Below the pieces are notes generated by a model. It worked only from the letters and a program-made list of their open reading frames with translations, did no database searches and was not told the origin of the DNA. A stretch of DNA of 64,000 bases from Roseiflexaceae bacterium (GTDB lineage: Bacteria > Chloroflexota > Chloroflexia > Chloroflexales > Roseiflexaceae). Below are positions 17,883 to 25,928 of this stretch, one piece after another (the first letter of the stretch is position 1; each line of letters begins with the position of its first letter). The position numbers and the translations under genes are program-made. The stretch lies in contig CANFUF010000006.1 of NCBI GenBank assembly GCA_947450095.1, positions 1,004 through 65,003 on the forward strand, in the 5' to 3' direction.

Positions 17883-18761
17883 ATGAAGATGCACCACTGG
17901 TTAGGAATTGCAGTTACCGGCGTATTAATCGCCATCGCAAGCGTCACCACCGTCAGTGCCTTGCCGATTCCCCCCAAGCCGACAACGACTCCTCAATTGC
18001 CACTAGCCACCCCCCAACCGACCCAACTTGCTCCCCAGACGACGCGCATTCCCGCCCCTGCAGCGGTCCCGAACTTCTTGGTCAATTGTGCCACTGGTCA
18101 AGTCAACAACGTTGATCCAATTGTGATGCCAGGGATGGCTGCCATGAGCCACTATCACCAATTCTTTGGGAATCGGTCAACCAACGAAAACTCCACCTTT
18201 ACCACCTTGCGTGCCAATCGTGCCACCACCTGTGCCCCTGCTTCTGATGCATCTGCTTATTGGGCACCACAGTTGTGGCGTGGGAGCGTGGCCATCAATC
18301 CCAAAAATGTGACGGTTGTTTATTCCAAGAGCGTGACCAACCGCTTGATGCCCCACCCCGGTGGTTTGATGTTGATTGCGGGTAATTCCAAGGCTACTGC
18401 AGCTCAAGATCTGAATGTGGTGTCATGGTACTGTAGCAATGCCCCCCGTGATGTGGCCAGCACGCCACCGTTGTGTGCCCGGACCGCTGATTTGGTGGCC
18501 GATGTACGCTTCCCTGAATGTTGGAACGGCAAAGACCTCGATTCTGCTGACCACAAGAGCCACGTGACGTATGCCGCCAATGGTGTTTGTGCCGCCGGAA
18601 CTGTCGCCTTGCCCCGCATCGACTTGCTGGTGCACTACCCAGCTCAAGCCAATGTCGCCGAACTCGCCATGTCGTCAGGCTCCATCTACTCGATGCATGC
18701 TGACTTCTTCAACGCTTGGGACCCTGCCGCATTTGGTCAGCTGGTCGGCCGCATCCGCTAA
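17883..18761 (+). CDS. Secreted DUF1996 domain protein
   Basis: VDPIVMPGMAAMSHYHQFFGN...TCAPASDASAYWAPQLW and RFPECWNGKDLDSADHKSHV fit the DUF1996 pattern. Signal peptide MKMHHWLGIAVTGVLIAIASVTTVSA. Start at 17883 (AAGGA upstream). Confidence 0.7.
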   Translation: MKMHHWLGIAVTGVLIAIASVTTVSALPIPPKPTTTPQLPLATPQPTQLAPQTTRIPAPAAVPNFLVNCATGQVNNVDPIVMPGMAAMSHYHQFFGNRSTNENSTFTTLRANRATTCAPASDASAYWAPQLWRGSVAINPKNVTVVYSKSVTNRLMPHPGGLMLIAGNSKATAAQDLNVVSWYCSNAPRDVASTPPLCARTADLVADVRFPECWNGKDLDSADHKSHVTYAANGVCAAGTVALPRIDLLVHYPAQANVAELAMSSGSIYSMHADFFNAWDPAAFGQLVGRIR

Positions 18762-18772
18762 ACACCCAAAGA

Positions 18773-18819
18773 ATCCCCGCGGTGACAGTAATTGTCACCG
18801 CGGGGATGTGTGTTTTTTT
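18773..18819 (+). terminator. Rho-independent terminator after the DUF1996 gene
   Basis: Perfect 15-bp stem atccccgcggtgaca / tgtcaccgcggggat (18773-18807), followed by T7 at 18813-18819. Confidence 0.75.
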
Positions 18820-18848
18820 GCATTACCGATGAACCAGATTCAGCCTAT

Positions 18849-19844
18849 TTAGCGCTCTAATTTGTGTTGTTGCATTACTGATTTACGCCAAGTGATTTCT
18901 TGAGTTTGAGCGTCCATCACGCTGGCACGCCATTCGATATCGGCTTTGAGTTGGCTGATTTCGCGCAAATGCTGGCGCCGGCGATAATCCCAATAAATAG
19001 TCGTCTCGTTTGATATGGCAGCATCTGATTGGGCAAGCTGTTGGCGAATCAGGTCGAACTGCTGTTGCACGGCGGCATCAGCGATATCCATGTGGCAGAG
19101 GGCATAGACCGCCGCCACGTGATCTATCATGTCAGGGTGGTCAGCAAGTGCGCCGTCATCGATGGCGTGGTGGCGCTCTCCTTTGGCCAAGAACCCTGTC
19201 AATTGTTGCCCGAGTGGCGACGTGATATCGGGCAATATGAGATTGAGCAGACGTGTAACAGGGGCCAACGCCGCGCTCCAGTCATTGAGCAAATCGCTAT
19301 AGCGTAATTGTACTCGGGGTAGGTGGCGGGTATGGTATTCGGCGGCGAGGGTATAGCGCAACCACAATTGCAAGCCGACCTGGGTGGGCATCTGGTCGCG
19401 GGCGTGGAGCGACGCTGCGACTTCGAGTGGATTGCGGAGCATCATGACGGCAGTCACGGCATAGCCAGCCTGTGCCAACGGTGCTTCCCAGAGCGGCAAA
19501 GTATGACAAATCCGCGGGTCTTTGACCAAGGCTACTGGGTTGGGTGCCACATACTTGCTGATAAATGCCGTAATCTCGGCACTGGCACTATTTGTCGCCG
19601 TAGTGCCAGTGTCACAAATGCTCATGGGGATAAATGGATCATCCCACACGAAACCATGCCCTGCGAGCAAGCGATCGTGGATGTCCACCACCTCAAGCGG
19701 TTCCCAGTGCCCCGAGGAATTGTGATGGGTGTTGCTCATCATTTCGCCAGGCAAGGCTGCCCCCAACAAGTTGAGGGCGCGGGTAACGGCCGAGGTGCCA
19801 CTGCGATGCATACCGAGCACGGCACCAAATACGTTATGTGTCAT
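18849..19844 (-). CDS. Sulfotransferase family protein with C-terminal coiled-coil tail
   Basis: GMHRSGTSAV (5'-PSB loop-like) and LRNPLEVAASL (3'-PB RxPxxxxxS-like). ATG 19844 is preceded by AAGGATGG, immediately after the cysNC stop. Confidence 0.75.
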   Translation of the reverse strand: MTHNVFGAVLGMHRSGTSAVTRALNLLGAALPGEMMSNTHHNSSGHWEPLEVVDIHDRLLAGHGFVWDDPFIPMSICDTGTTATNSASAEITAFISKYVAPNPVALVKDPRICHTLPLWEAPLAQAGYAVTAVMMLRNPLEVAASLHARDQMPTQVGLQLWLRYTLAAEYHTRHLPRVQLRYSDLLNDWSAALAPVTRLLNLILPDITSPLGQQLTGFLAKGERHHAIDDGALADHPDMIDHVAAVYALCHMDIADAAVQQQFDLIRQQLAQSDAAISNETTIYWDYRRRQHLREISQLKADIEWRASVMDAQTQEITWRKSVMQQHKLER

Positions 19845-19855
19845 GGTCACCATCC

Positions 19856-21724
19856 TTAGGCGTGCAAATGGCCATGTGTGCGGAGCCATTCGACAATCAT
19901 GATGGCTGATTCTTCGGGGGTGCGATTTACTGTCTCGATGTGCATTTCGGGATTACTGGGGGCTTCGTAGGGTGAATCAATCCCGGTCATGCCGCGAATC
20001 TCACCGGCGCGGGCCCGGCGATAGAGACCTTTGGGGTCACGGCGTTCGCATTCGGCCAGCGGGGTATCGATAAAGACTTCAATGAATTCGCCTGCGACAA
20101 TGGTGCGGCGGGCGCGGTCACGTTCGCTTTGGTAGGGCGAAATCAGTGACACAATCACAATCAAGCCGGCATCAGTTAACAACCGTGCGACTTCACTGAC
20201 GCGTCGGATGTTTTCGATGCGATCAGTCGCCGCAAACCCGAGGTCGCTACTCAGGCCGTGACGGATGTTGTCGCCATCGAGGATGTAGGTGTGCTTGCCT
20301 TCGGCTGCTAGTGCCCGTTCGACCAAATTGGCGATAGTCGATTTGCCGGCGCCCGACAACCCGGTCAGCCAGAGCACGCCTGGTTTTTGGTTTTTGAGAG
20401 CCGATCGGGTCGCTTTGCTGACGTCGTGTTGTTGCCACGTGATATTGCGGGCGGCGTTAACGTCGCCGATAATCATGCCAGCAGCGACGGTTTCGTTGCT
20501 GATACGGTCAATGAAAATAAACCCACCCATGTGCCGATTGGCGGTATAGATGTCGTGGGGGATTTGGCTTTCGAATTGCACTACACAAACGCCAATCTCG
20601 TTCATTTCGAGCTGTTCGGCACTAATTTGCTGCATGCTATTGACATCGATTTTGCCACTGATTTTGGTGATGACGGCGGGGACGGTGGCTGTCCCAAGTT
20701 TGCATAAATATTGGCGACCGGGTTGGACGGGGCTTTCGTGCATCCACAGGACATGCGCTTCGATGCGCTCGGCAACCGATGCCGGTTGCTGTGCGCTACA
20801 AATCACGGCCCCCCGACTGACATCGACCTCGCGGTCGAGGACGAGTGTGACTGCTTCACCGCGGGTCGCCGAGTTTTTGTCACCATCATAATGGGCAATC
20901 CGCTGGATATATGCGGTAGTCCCCATGGGCTGAATCCGGACTTGGTCGCCGACGTTGACGGAGCCACCACTAATGGTGCCACTAAAGCCACGGAAGTCTT
21001 GGTGGGGGCGATTGACCCATTGCACCGGCATCCGGAAGGGCTCGGGCTCGCGGGCGGCATCGACGTCGACATCTTCGAGGAAGCTCATAAACGTCGACCC
21101 TTGGTACCACGGCATATTGTTGCTATGCCGAAACACATTGTCGCCGTCGAGCGCCGACAACGGTATGGCCGTGATGCTGGTGAAGTTGAGTTGGCGGGCA
21201 AATTCGCGATATTGGGTTTCGATGGTGCGAAAGATTTGCTCATCAAAGTTGACCAAATCCATTTTGTTGATTGCCAACACCACGTGCCGAATCCCCAACA
21301 ACGAGGCGATACAGCTGTGGCGATGCGTCTGCACCAACAACCCTTTGCGGGCATCGACCAATAGCACCGCCAAATCGGCCGTCGAAGCGCCGGTAGCCAT
21401 GTTGCGGGTGTATTGTTCGTGCCCTGGGGTGTCAGCCACGATAAAGCGCCGTTTGGCCGTCGAAAAAAAGCGATAGGCCACATCGATGGTGATGCCCTGC
21501 TCGCGCTCGGCTTGTAACCCATCGACAAGCAGTGACAAATCGAGGGCGGCAGCATCACCGAGTTTGCGTTGGCTTTCGATGGTAATGCCCCGCAACTGGT
21601 CTTCAAAAATCAATTGGGCATCGTACAACAAGCGGCCAATCAAGGTTGATTTGCCGTCATCGACGCTGCCACAGGTCAAGAAGCGCAACAGGCTTCGGGT
21701 GCTATCAAGCGTGACTTGGCTCAT
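19856..21724 (-). CDS. cysNC: Bifunctional sulfate adenylyltransferase subunit 1 / adenylylsulfate kinase
   Basis: GTPase motifs GSVDDGKST, DTPGHEQY and NKMD, followed by an APS-kinase P-loop LTGLSGAGKSTIA. 1-nt overlap with cysD (TAATG). Confidence 0.9.
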   Translation of the reverse strand: MSQVTLDSTRSLLRFLTCGSVDDGKSTLIGRLLYDAQLIFEDQLRGITIESQRKLGDAAALDLSLLVDGLQAEREQGITIDVAYRFFSTAKRRFIVADTPGHEQYTRNMATGASTADLAVLLVDARKGLLVQTHRHSCIASLLGIRHVVLAINKMDLVNFDEQIFRTIETQYREFARQLNFTSITAIPLSALDGDNVFRHSNNMPWYQGSTFMSFLEDVDVDAAREPEPFRMPVQWVNRPHQDFRGFSGTISGGSVNVGDQVRIQPMGTTAYIQRIAHYDGDKNSATRGEAVTLVLDREVDVSRGAVICSAQQPASVAERIEAHVLWMHESPVQPGRQYLCKLGTATVPAVITKISGKIDVNSMQQISAEQLEMNEIGVCVVQFESQIPHDIYTANRHMGGFIFIDRISNETVAAGMIIGDVNAARNITWQQHDVSKATRSALKNQKPGVLWLTGLSGAGKSTIANLVERALAAEGKHTYILDGDNIRHGLSSDLGFAATDRIENIRRVSEVARLLTDAGLIVIVSLISPYQSERDRARRTIVAGEFIEVFIDTPLAECERRDPKGLYRRARAGEIRGMTGIDSPYEAPSNPEMHIETVNRTPEESAIMIVEWLRTHGHLHA

Positions 21725-22617
21725 TAGAAGTATCCTTCGATTTTTTTCTGCTCCATTGAGCCGGGCTTGTCATAATCAATCATGCGTCCAGCCCGTTCTG
21801 AGGTTTTGGCGCTGAGTGTTTCATAGACCACTTCTTCAATGGTGGTGGCGTCTGATTCGACTGCCGCCGTCAGTGGGTAGCACCCGAGTGTACGGAAGCG
21901 AATCATGCGCATCTGTGGTGTCTCGCCGTCGTTGAGTGGCATGCGCTCGTCGTCGACCATCATGATTTGGCCATCACGCATCACGGTGGGGCGCATTTTG
22001 GCGAAATAAAGGGGGACAACTGGGATTTTTTCGCGGCGGATATATTGCCAGATGTCCAGCTCGGTCCAATTGCTGATGGGGAAGGCCCGCACACTTTCGC
22101 CGGGGGCGATACGCGTGTTGTAGAGTTGCCACAATTCGGGGCGCTGGCGCTTGGGGTCCCAACGATGATGTTGATTGCGGAACGACATGATGCGCTCTTT
22201 GGCTCGCGAACGTTCTTCGTCGCGCCGCGCGCCACCAATGGCACAATCAAATTTGTATAAATCGAGGGCTTGGCGTAATGCAACGGTTTTGAGTTCGTCG
22301 GTATGCACCCCTGAGCCATGGGTAAATACATTCACGCCTTTGGCTATTGCGTCTTCGTTGCGATGGACAAGCAGCTTCATGCCGGTTTCGGCCATGCGTT
22401 GATCGCGAAAGGCAATCATTTCGCGGAACTTCCAGCTAGTATCGACATGCAACAGCGGGAATGGGGGAAGCGAGGGATAAAACGCTTTGAGGGCCAGATG
22501 CAACAATACCGACGAATCTTTGCCGATAGAATACATCATGACTGGGCGTTCGAATGAGGCGGCCACTTCACGGATAATATAGATACTTTCCGCTTCGAGA
22601 TTTGATAGATGATCCAT
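21724..22617 (-). CDS. cysD: Sulfate adenylyltransferase subunit 2
   Basis: [12 protein letters not shown]...[14 protein letters not shown] (PP-loop) and a C-terminal EGYF are typical of CysD. Confidence 0.9.
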   Translation of the reverse strand: MDHLSNLEAESIYIIREVAASFERPVMMYSIGKDSSVLLHLALKAFYPSLPPFPLLHVDTSWKFREMIAFRDQRMAETGMKLLVHRNEDAIAKGVNVFTHGSGVHTDELKTVALRQALDLYKFDCAIGGARRDEERSRAKERIMSFRNQHHRWDPKRQRPELWQLYNTRIAPGESVRAFPISNWTELDIWQYIRREKIPVVPLYFAKMRPTVMRDGQIMMVDDERMPLNDGETPQMRMIRFRTLGCYPLTAAVESDATTIEEVVYETLSAKTSERAGRMIDYDKPGSMEQKKIEGYF

Positions 22618-22702
22618 GCATCACTCCATGATAATATAGCAACTATTATATCATACGTAGTAAGAATTCCCTGATTAACGCATACTGATGTAAGGATGAT
22701 AA

Positions 22703-23659
22703 ATGTCGCAATTTGCTGATTACATCGCTCGCCAAACGCCCTTGATTGTCGATGGTGCCCTCGCCACCGAAATGGAAGCCCGCGGCGCTGATTTACACGA
22801 TTCACTCTGGTCGGCCCGCTATCTGTTTGCCCAACCCCAATTAATCCACGATGTGCATGCCGATTATATCGCTGCTGGCGCCGATATCGTGATTACTGCG
22901 AGCTATCAAGCCACCATTGCTGGCTTCCTCGCACGGGGGTGGACACAATCCCAAGCCGAACAACTTATCTGCACAGCGGTGGCGCTGGCCCAATCGGCCC
23001 GCGACGCCTGGTGGGACGCCAATGCCGCCACCACCATCCGTTTGCGCCCGTTGGTGGCTGGCTCGATAGGACCCTATGGCGCCTATACTGCCGACGGTGG
23101 CGAATACCGGGGGAATTATGGCTTGTCCCTCACTGAACTCAAAAACTTCCATCGTGAGCGCATGCGGATTTTGGTTGATGCCGGCGTCGATTTGCTGGCC
23201 TGCGAAACCATCCCCGATCTCGTCGAAGCCCAAGCCTTGGCCGAACTCCTCGGCGAGTTCCCTGGCGTCGTGGCCTGGCTGAGTCTGAGCTGCCAGAATG
23301 GCAGTCAGACCTGTGCCGGGCAATAGTTGGTTGACGTGGCCACCTGCCTGCGTCAATACCCCCAGATTGTGGCGATTGGTGCAAATTGTACGCCACCACA
23401 ATACATGACCGAGATTATTGGGACCTTGCACGCACACTCGCCTCAGGCAGTGGTTGTTTATCCTAATTCCGGTGAAACATATGACGGCGCTACTGGCACG
23501 TGGCACGGTACCGTCACCTGTGACGATTACGTGCAGGCCGCCCAGACGTGGTTGGCCGCGGGGGCACACTTGATTGGTGGCTGTTGCCGCACCAATCCGG
23601 CTATGATTGCCGGCCTGCGGACTGCATTTTTGTCAAAAGGAGCTGATGATGCAATTTGA
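22703..23659 (+). pseudogene. mmuM: Homocysteine S-methyltransferase (MmuM/YbgG-like) interrupted by one in-frame TAG at 23324-23326
   Basis: Track ORFs 22703..23326 and 23327..23659 are in the same frame. Together they give a colinear MmuM-like protein (DGALATEMEARG, ITASYQA, ACETIP, GANC, VYPNSGE, GGCCRT). Confidence 0.75.
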
Positions 23660-24623
23660 TCCCGTGCTTTACCACGATTGGCACCCCGTGATGCGGGCTG
23701 AACTGTTTACTGATGGGACGGTGCAAAAAACGCGTCTGCTCGGCGTCGATGTGGTGCTATGGCAGGCCGCCGGCGTGATTCACGCCATGCGCGATTTGTG
23801 TGTCCACCGTGGGGCCAAGCTCTCGTTGGGCAAAATTGTCAATGACTGCATCATGTGCCCCTACCATGGCTGGCAGTATGATGCTAGTGGCCAATGCGTG
23901 CATATGCCGGCTCACCCCGAACAAGTACCCCCGGCTAAAGCACGCACCGACGTCTATCAGGTCAGTATCCGTTATAACCTTGTGTGGGTCTGCTTGGGTG
24001 AACCGACCAAGGCCGTGTCCCCTTTCCCCGAATGGGACGAAGCGGGTTACGGGCACGCTGTCTGCGGTCCCTTTGGTGATATCAAGGCGCATGGGCCACG
24101 GTTGATTGAAAACTTCCTCGATGCCGCCCACTTCCCCTTTGTGCACGAAGGAGTGTTGGGTGACCCTGCTCGTCCTACCCTCGGCGACTACGAAGCGCGC
24201 ATCACCGCCGACGGCGTCGAAAGCGACCCGATTGAGGTCTATCAACCCGATCCCTACGGCGGGATTGCTGGCCGCGTTACCTACACCTATCATGCCTATC
24301 GCCCCTACACGGCCCATTTCACCAAACACATGCCCGCCGCCACTAACGGTATGGTGATGACCTTGACGCCCCATGATGACGGGGTGTGTAGCGTCTGGTT
24401 CCTCGTGGCCACCAGTGCCGTGAGCGACCATGCCGCCCTCGAAACCAATTACACCCCCCGGATTGCGGCAATTTTGGCCGAAGATGTGGCCGTGGTCGAA
24501 AGCCAGCGCCCTGAATTGTTGCCACTCGATATGCAAGCCGAGCTCCATTTGCGCTCAGACCGTGTGGCCATTGCCTACCGGCGCTGGTTGGCACAGCTCG
24601 GCCTCAAAGCAGGCGTGGCGTGA
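23646..24623 (+). CDS. Rieske [2Fe-2S] non-heme iron oxygenase (PaO/VanA-type alpha subunit)
   Basis: Rieske CVHRG...CPYHGW. Mononuclear iron motif NFLDAAHFPFVH (D-x2-H-x4-H). Start at ATG 23646/23649 after AGGAG, overlapping the mmuM 3' end. Confidence 0.8.
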   Translation: MMQFDPVLYHDWHPVMRAELFTDGTVQKTRLLGVDVVLWQAAGVIHAMRDLCVHRGAKLSLGKIVNDCIMCPYHGWQYDASGQCVHMPAHPEQVPPAKARTDVYQVSIRYNLVWVCLGEPTKAVSPFPEWDEAGYGHAVCGPFGDIKAHGPRLIENFLDAAHFPFVHEGVLGDPARPTLGDYEARITADGVESDPIEVYQPDPYGGIAGRVTYTYHAYRPYTAHFTKHMPAATNGMVMTLTPHDDGVCSVWFLVATSAVSDHAALETNYTPRIAAILAEDVAVVESQRPELLPLDMQAELHLRSDRVAIAYRRWLAQLGLKAGVA

Positions 24624-24631
24624 TGATGAAG

Positions 24632-24672
24632 AAACCCCCACGCACTGATATGTGTCAGTGCGTGGGGGTTTT
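24632..24672. terminator. Bidirectional rho-independent terminator between convergent genes
   Basis: Perfect 17-bp stem aaacccccacgcactga / tcagtgcgtgggggttt with loop tatgtg. T-run on the plus side, A-run on the other. Confidence 0.75.
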
Positions 24673-24693
24673 GTACGATGGGATGATGGTTGC

Positions 24694-25917
24694 TTAGCGG
24701 AATGGTGGTGAGGCAAGCACACCACCGCCACCCAGATTCCAGGCTTTGTTGGGTCCGCGGTCGATGTTGAACATCGTCGTGGGTCCGAGGTTGGTGTTGT
24801 AAATGTCACCATAATTGCCGACCTGCGACACGATTTGATAGCCAAAGTCTGGTGCCAGCCCAAACTGACTACCGATTTTGCCTTCGGCACCGAGCAAGCG
24901 CAACACACGGGGGTCTTTGCTGGTGGTCAACATTTCGTCGACATTGCTGCGGTCGACCCGCAACTCTTCGGCGTACATGGTGGCATAGACCGACCAGCTG
25001 ACGATGTCGTACCATTGATCGTCACCTTCGGCCATCACCGGACCCAACGGCTCGCGTGAAATGCGGTCGCCGAGGATGATGTGGTCGTCTGGTTTGGGGA
25101 AGTTGACCCGTTGGACTGCCAATTGGCTACTATCGCTGGTGACAGCATCACATTTGCCGTCGAGATAGCTTTGGTACAGCACGTTTTCGCCGTTGATTTC
25201 TACCGCCTCAAAGGTAATCCCACGGGCGGCAAAATCATCACGCAAGTTAATCAAACTGGTGGTACCAGCGCTGGCGCAAATCCGTTTGTCACGCAAATCT
25301 TCGAGGGTTTTGATGCCACTTTTTTTGGTGACCAAAAAAGTCTGGCCGTCGTGGAATGTGGTGGGTCCAAACATTAATCCTGATCCGTCGCGTGAGGCTG
25401 TCCATGTGGTATTGCGAATGACCACGTCGACGAGTTTGCTCCGAATCGCCGTGAAGCGTTCGTTGGGACCGTCGTTGGTGGTGACTGGGACAAAATTGAC
25501 CTTGTTGGCGTCGCCGAGTACTGCTGCGGCGATGACACGACAAAAATCAACATCGAAGCCGGTCCAGCGTTTGCGCACCGCATCATAAAACCCAAACCCA
25601 GGCAGATCGGCGTTGACGCCACAATTCAAGACGCCCCGTGATTGCACTGCCACCAGCGTGGATTCGCCAATTGAGGCGGGGGCTGGGGCTGGCTCGGGGG
25701 TTGCGACGCTGGTGTCTGCAGTCGGCGCGGTATCTAACGCCACTGGGGTTTCGGTTAATTGGAGCGATACTTCTTGGTCGGCACCTTTTTGCGGTGTGGC
25801 AGTGATGATAATCACTTCGGGTGTGGGCACGGCTTGGCTGACCAACCGCCCAAGGCTGCCACAGGCCATAGTCAGCAAACTAATACCAATGATGATAAAT
25901 GGAGCGAAACGACGCAT
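24694..25917 (-). CDS. Amino-acid ABC-type substrate-binding lipoprotein (AapJ/BztA-like, family 3), orphan
   Basis: Lipobox LLTMAC, a long Thr/Pro/Ala linker, then GVLNCGVNADLPGFGF...WTGFDVDFCRVIAAAVLGD...IRNTTWT. No permease or ATPase genes adjacent. Confidence 0.8.
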   Translation of the reverse strand: MRRFAPFIIIGISLLTMACGSLGRLVSQAVPTPEVIIITATPQKGADQEVSLQLTETPVALDTAPTADTSVATPEPAPAPASIGESTLVAVQSRGVLNCGVNADLPGFGFYDAVRKRWTGFDVDFCRVIAAAVLGDANKVNFVPVTTNDGPNERFTAIRSKLVDVVIRNTTWTASRDGSGLMFGPTTFHDGQTFLVTKKSGIKTLEDLRDKRICASAGTTSLINLRDDFAARGITFEAVEINGENVLYQSYLDGKCDAVTSDSSQLAVQRVNFPKPDDHIILGDRISREPLGPVMAEGDDQWYDIVSWSVYATMYAEELRVDRSNVDEMLTTSKDPRVLRLLGAEGKIGSQFGLAPDFGYQIVSQVGNYGDIYNTNLGPTTMFNIDRGPNKAWNLGGGGVLASPPFR

Positions 25918-25928
25918 AATAGTCTCCT

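Noticed and set aside
8859-18761. Calling the lower-GC stretches (8.9-12.1 kb and 14.6-18.8 kb) genomic islands or mobile elements
   Set aside because: I could find no integrase, transposase or phage genes, no flanking direct repeats and no tRNA attachment site. The two patches are separated by core-like ALDH and DUF554 genes. Compositional deviation is noted in the findings, but a mobile-element call is unsupported.
23324-23326. The TAG in mmuM as programmed recoding (for example pyrrolysine)
   Set aside because: No pyl genes or recoding signals are visible in the window. The aligned position in MmuM-type enzymes is a variable loop, not a catalytic site. A nonsense mutation or sequencing error is more parsimonious.
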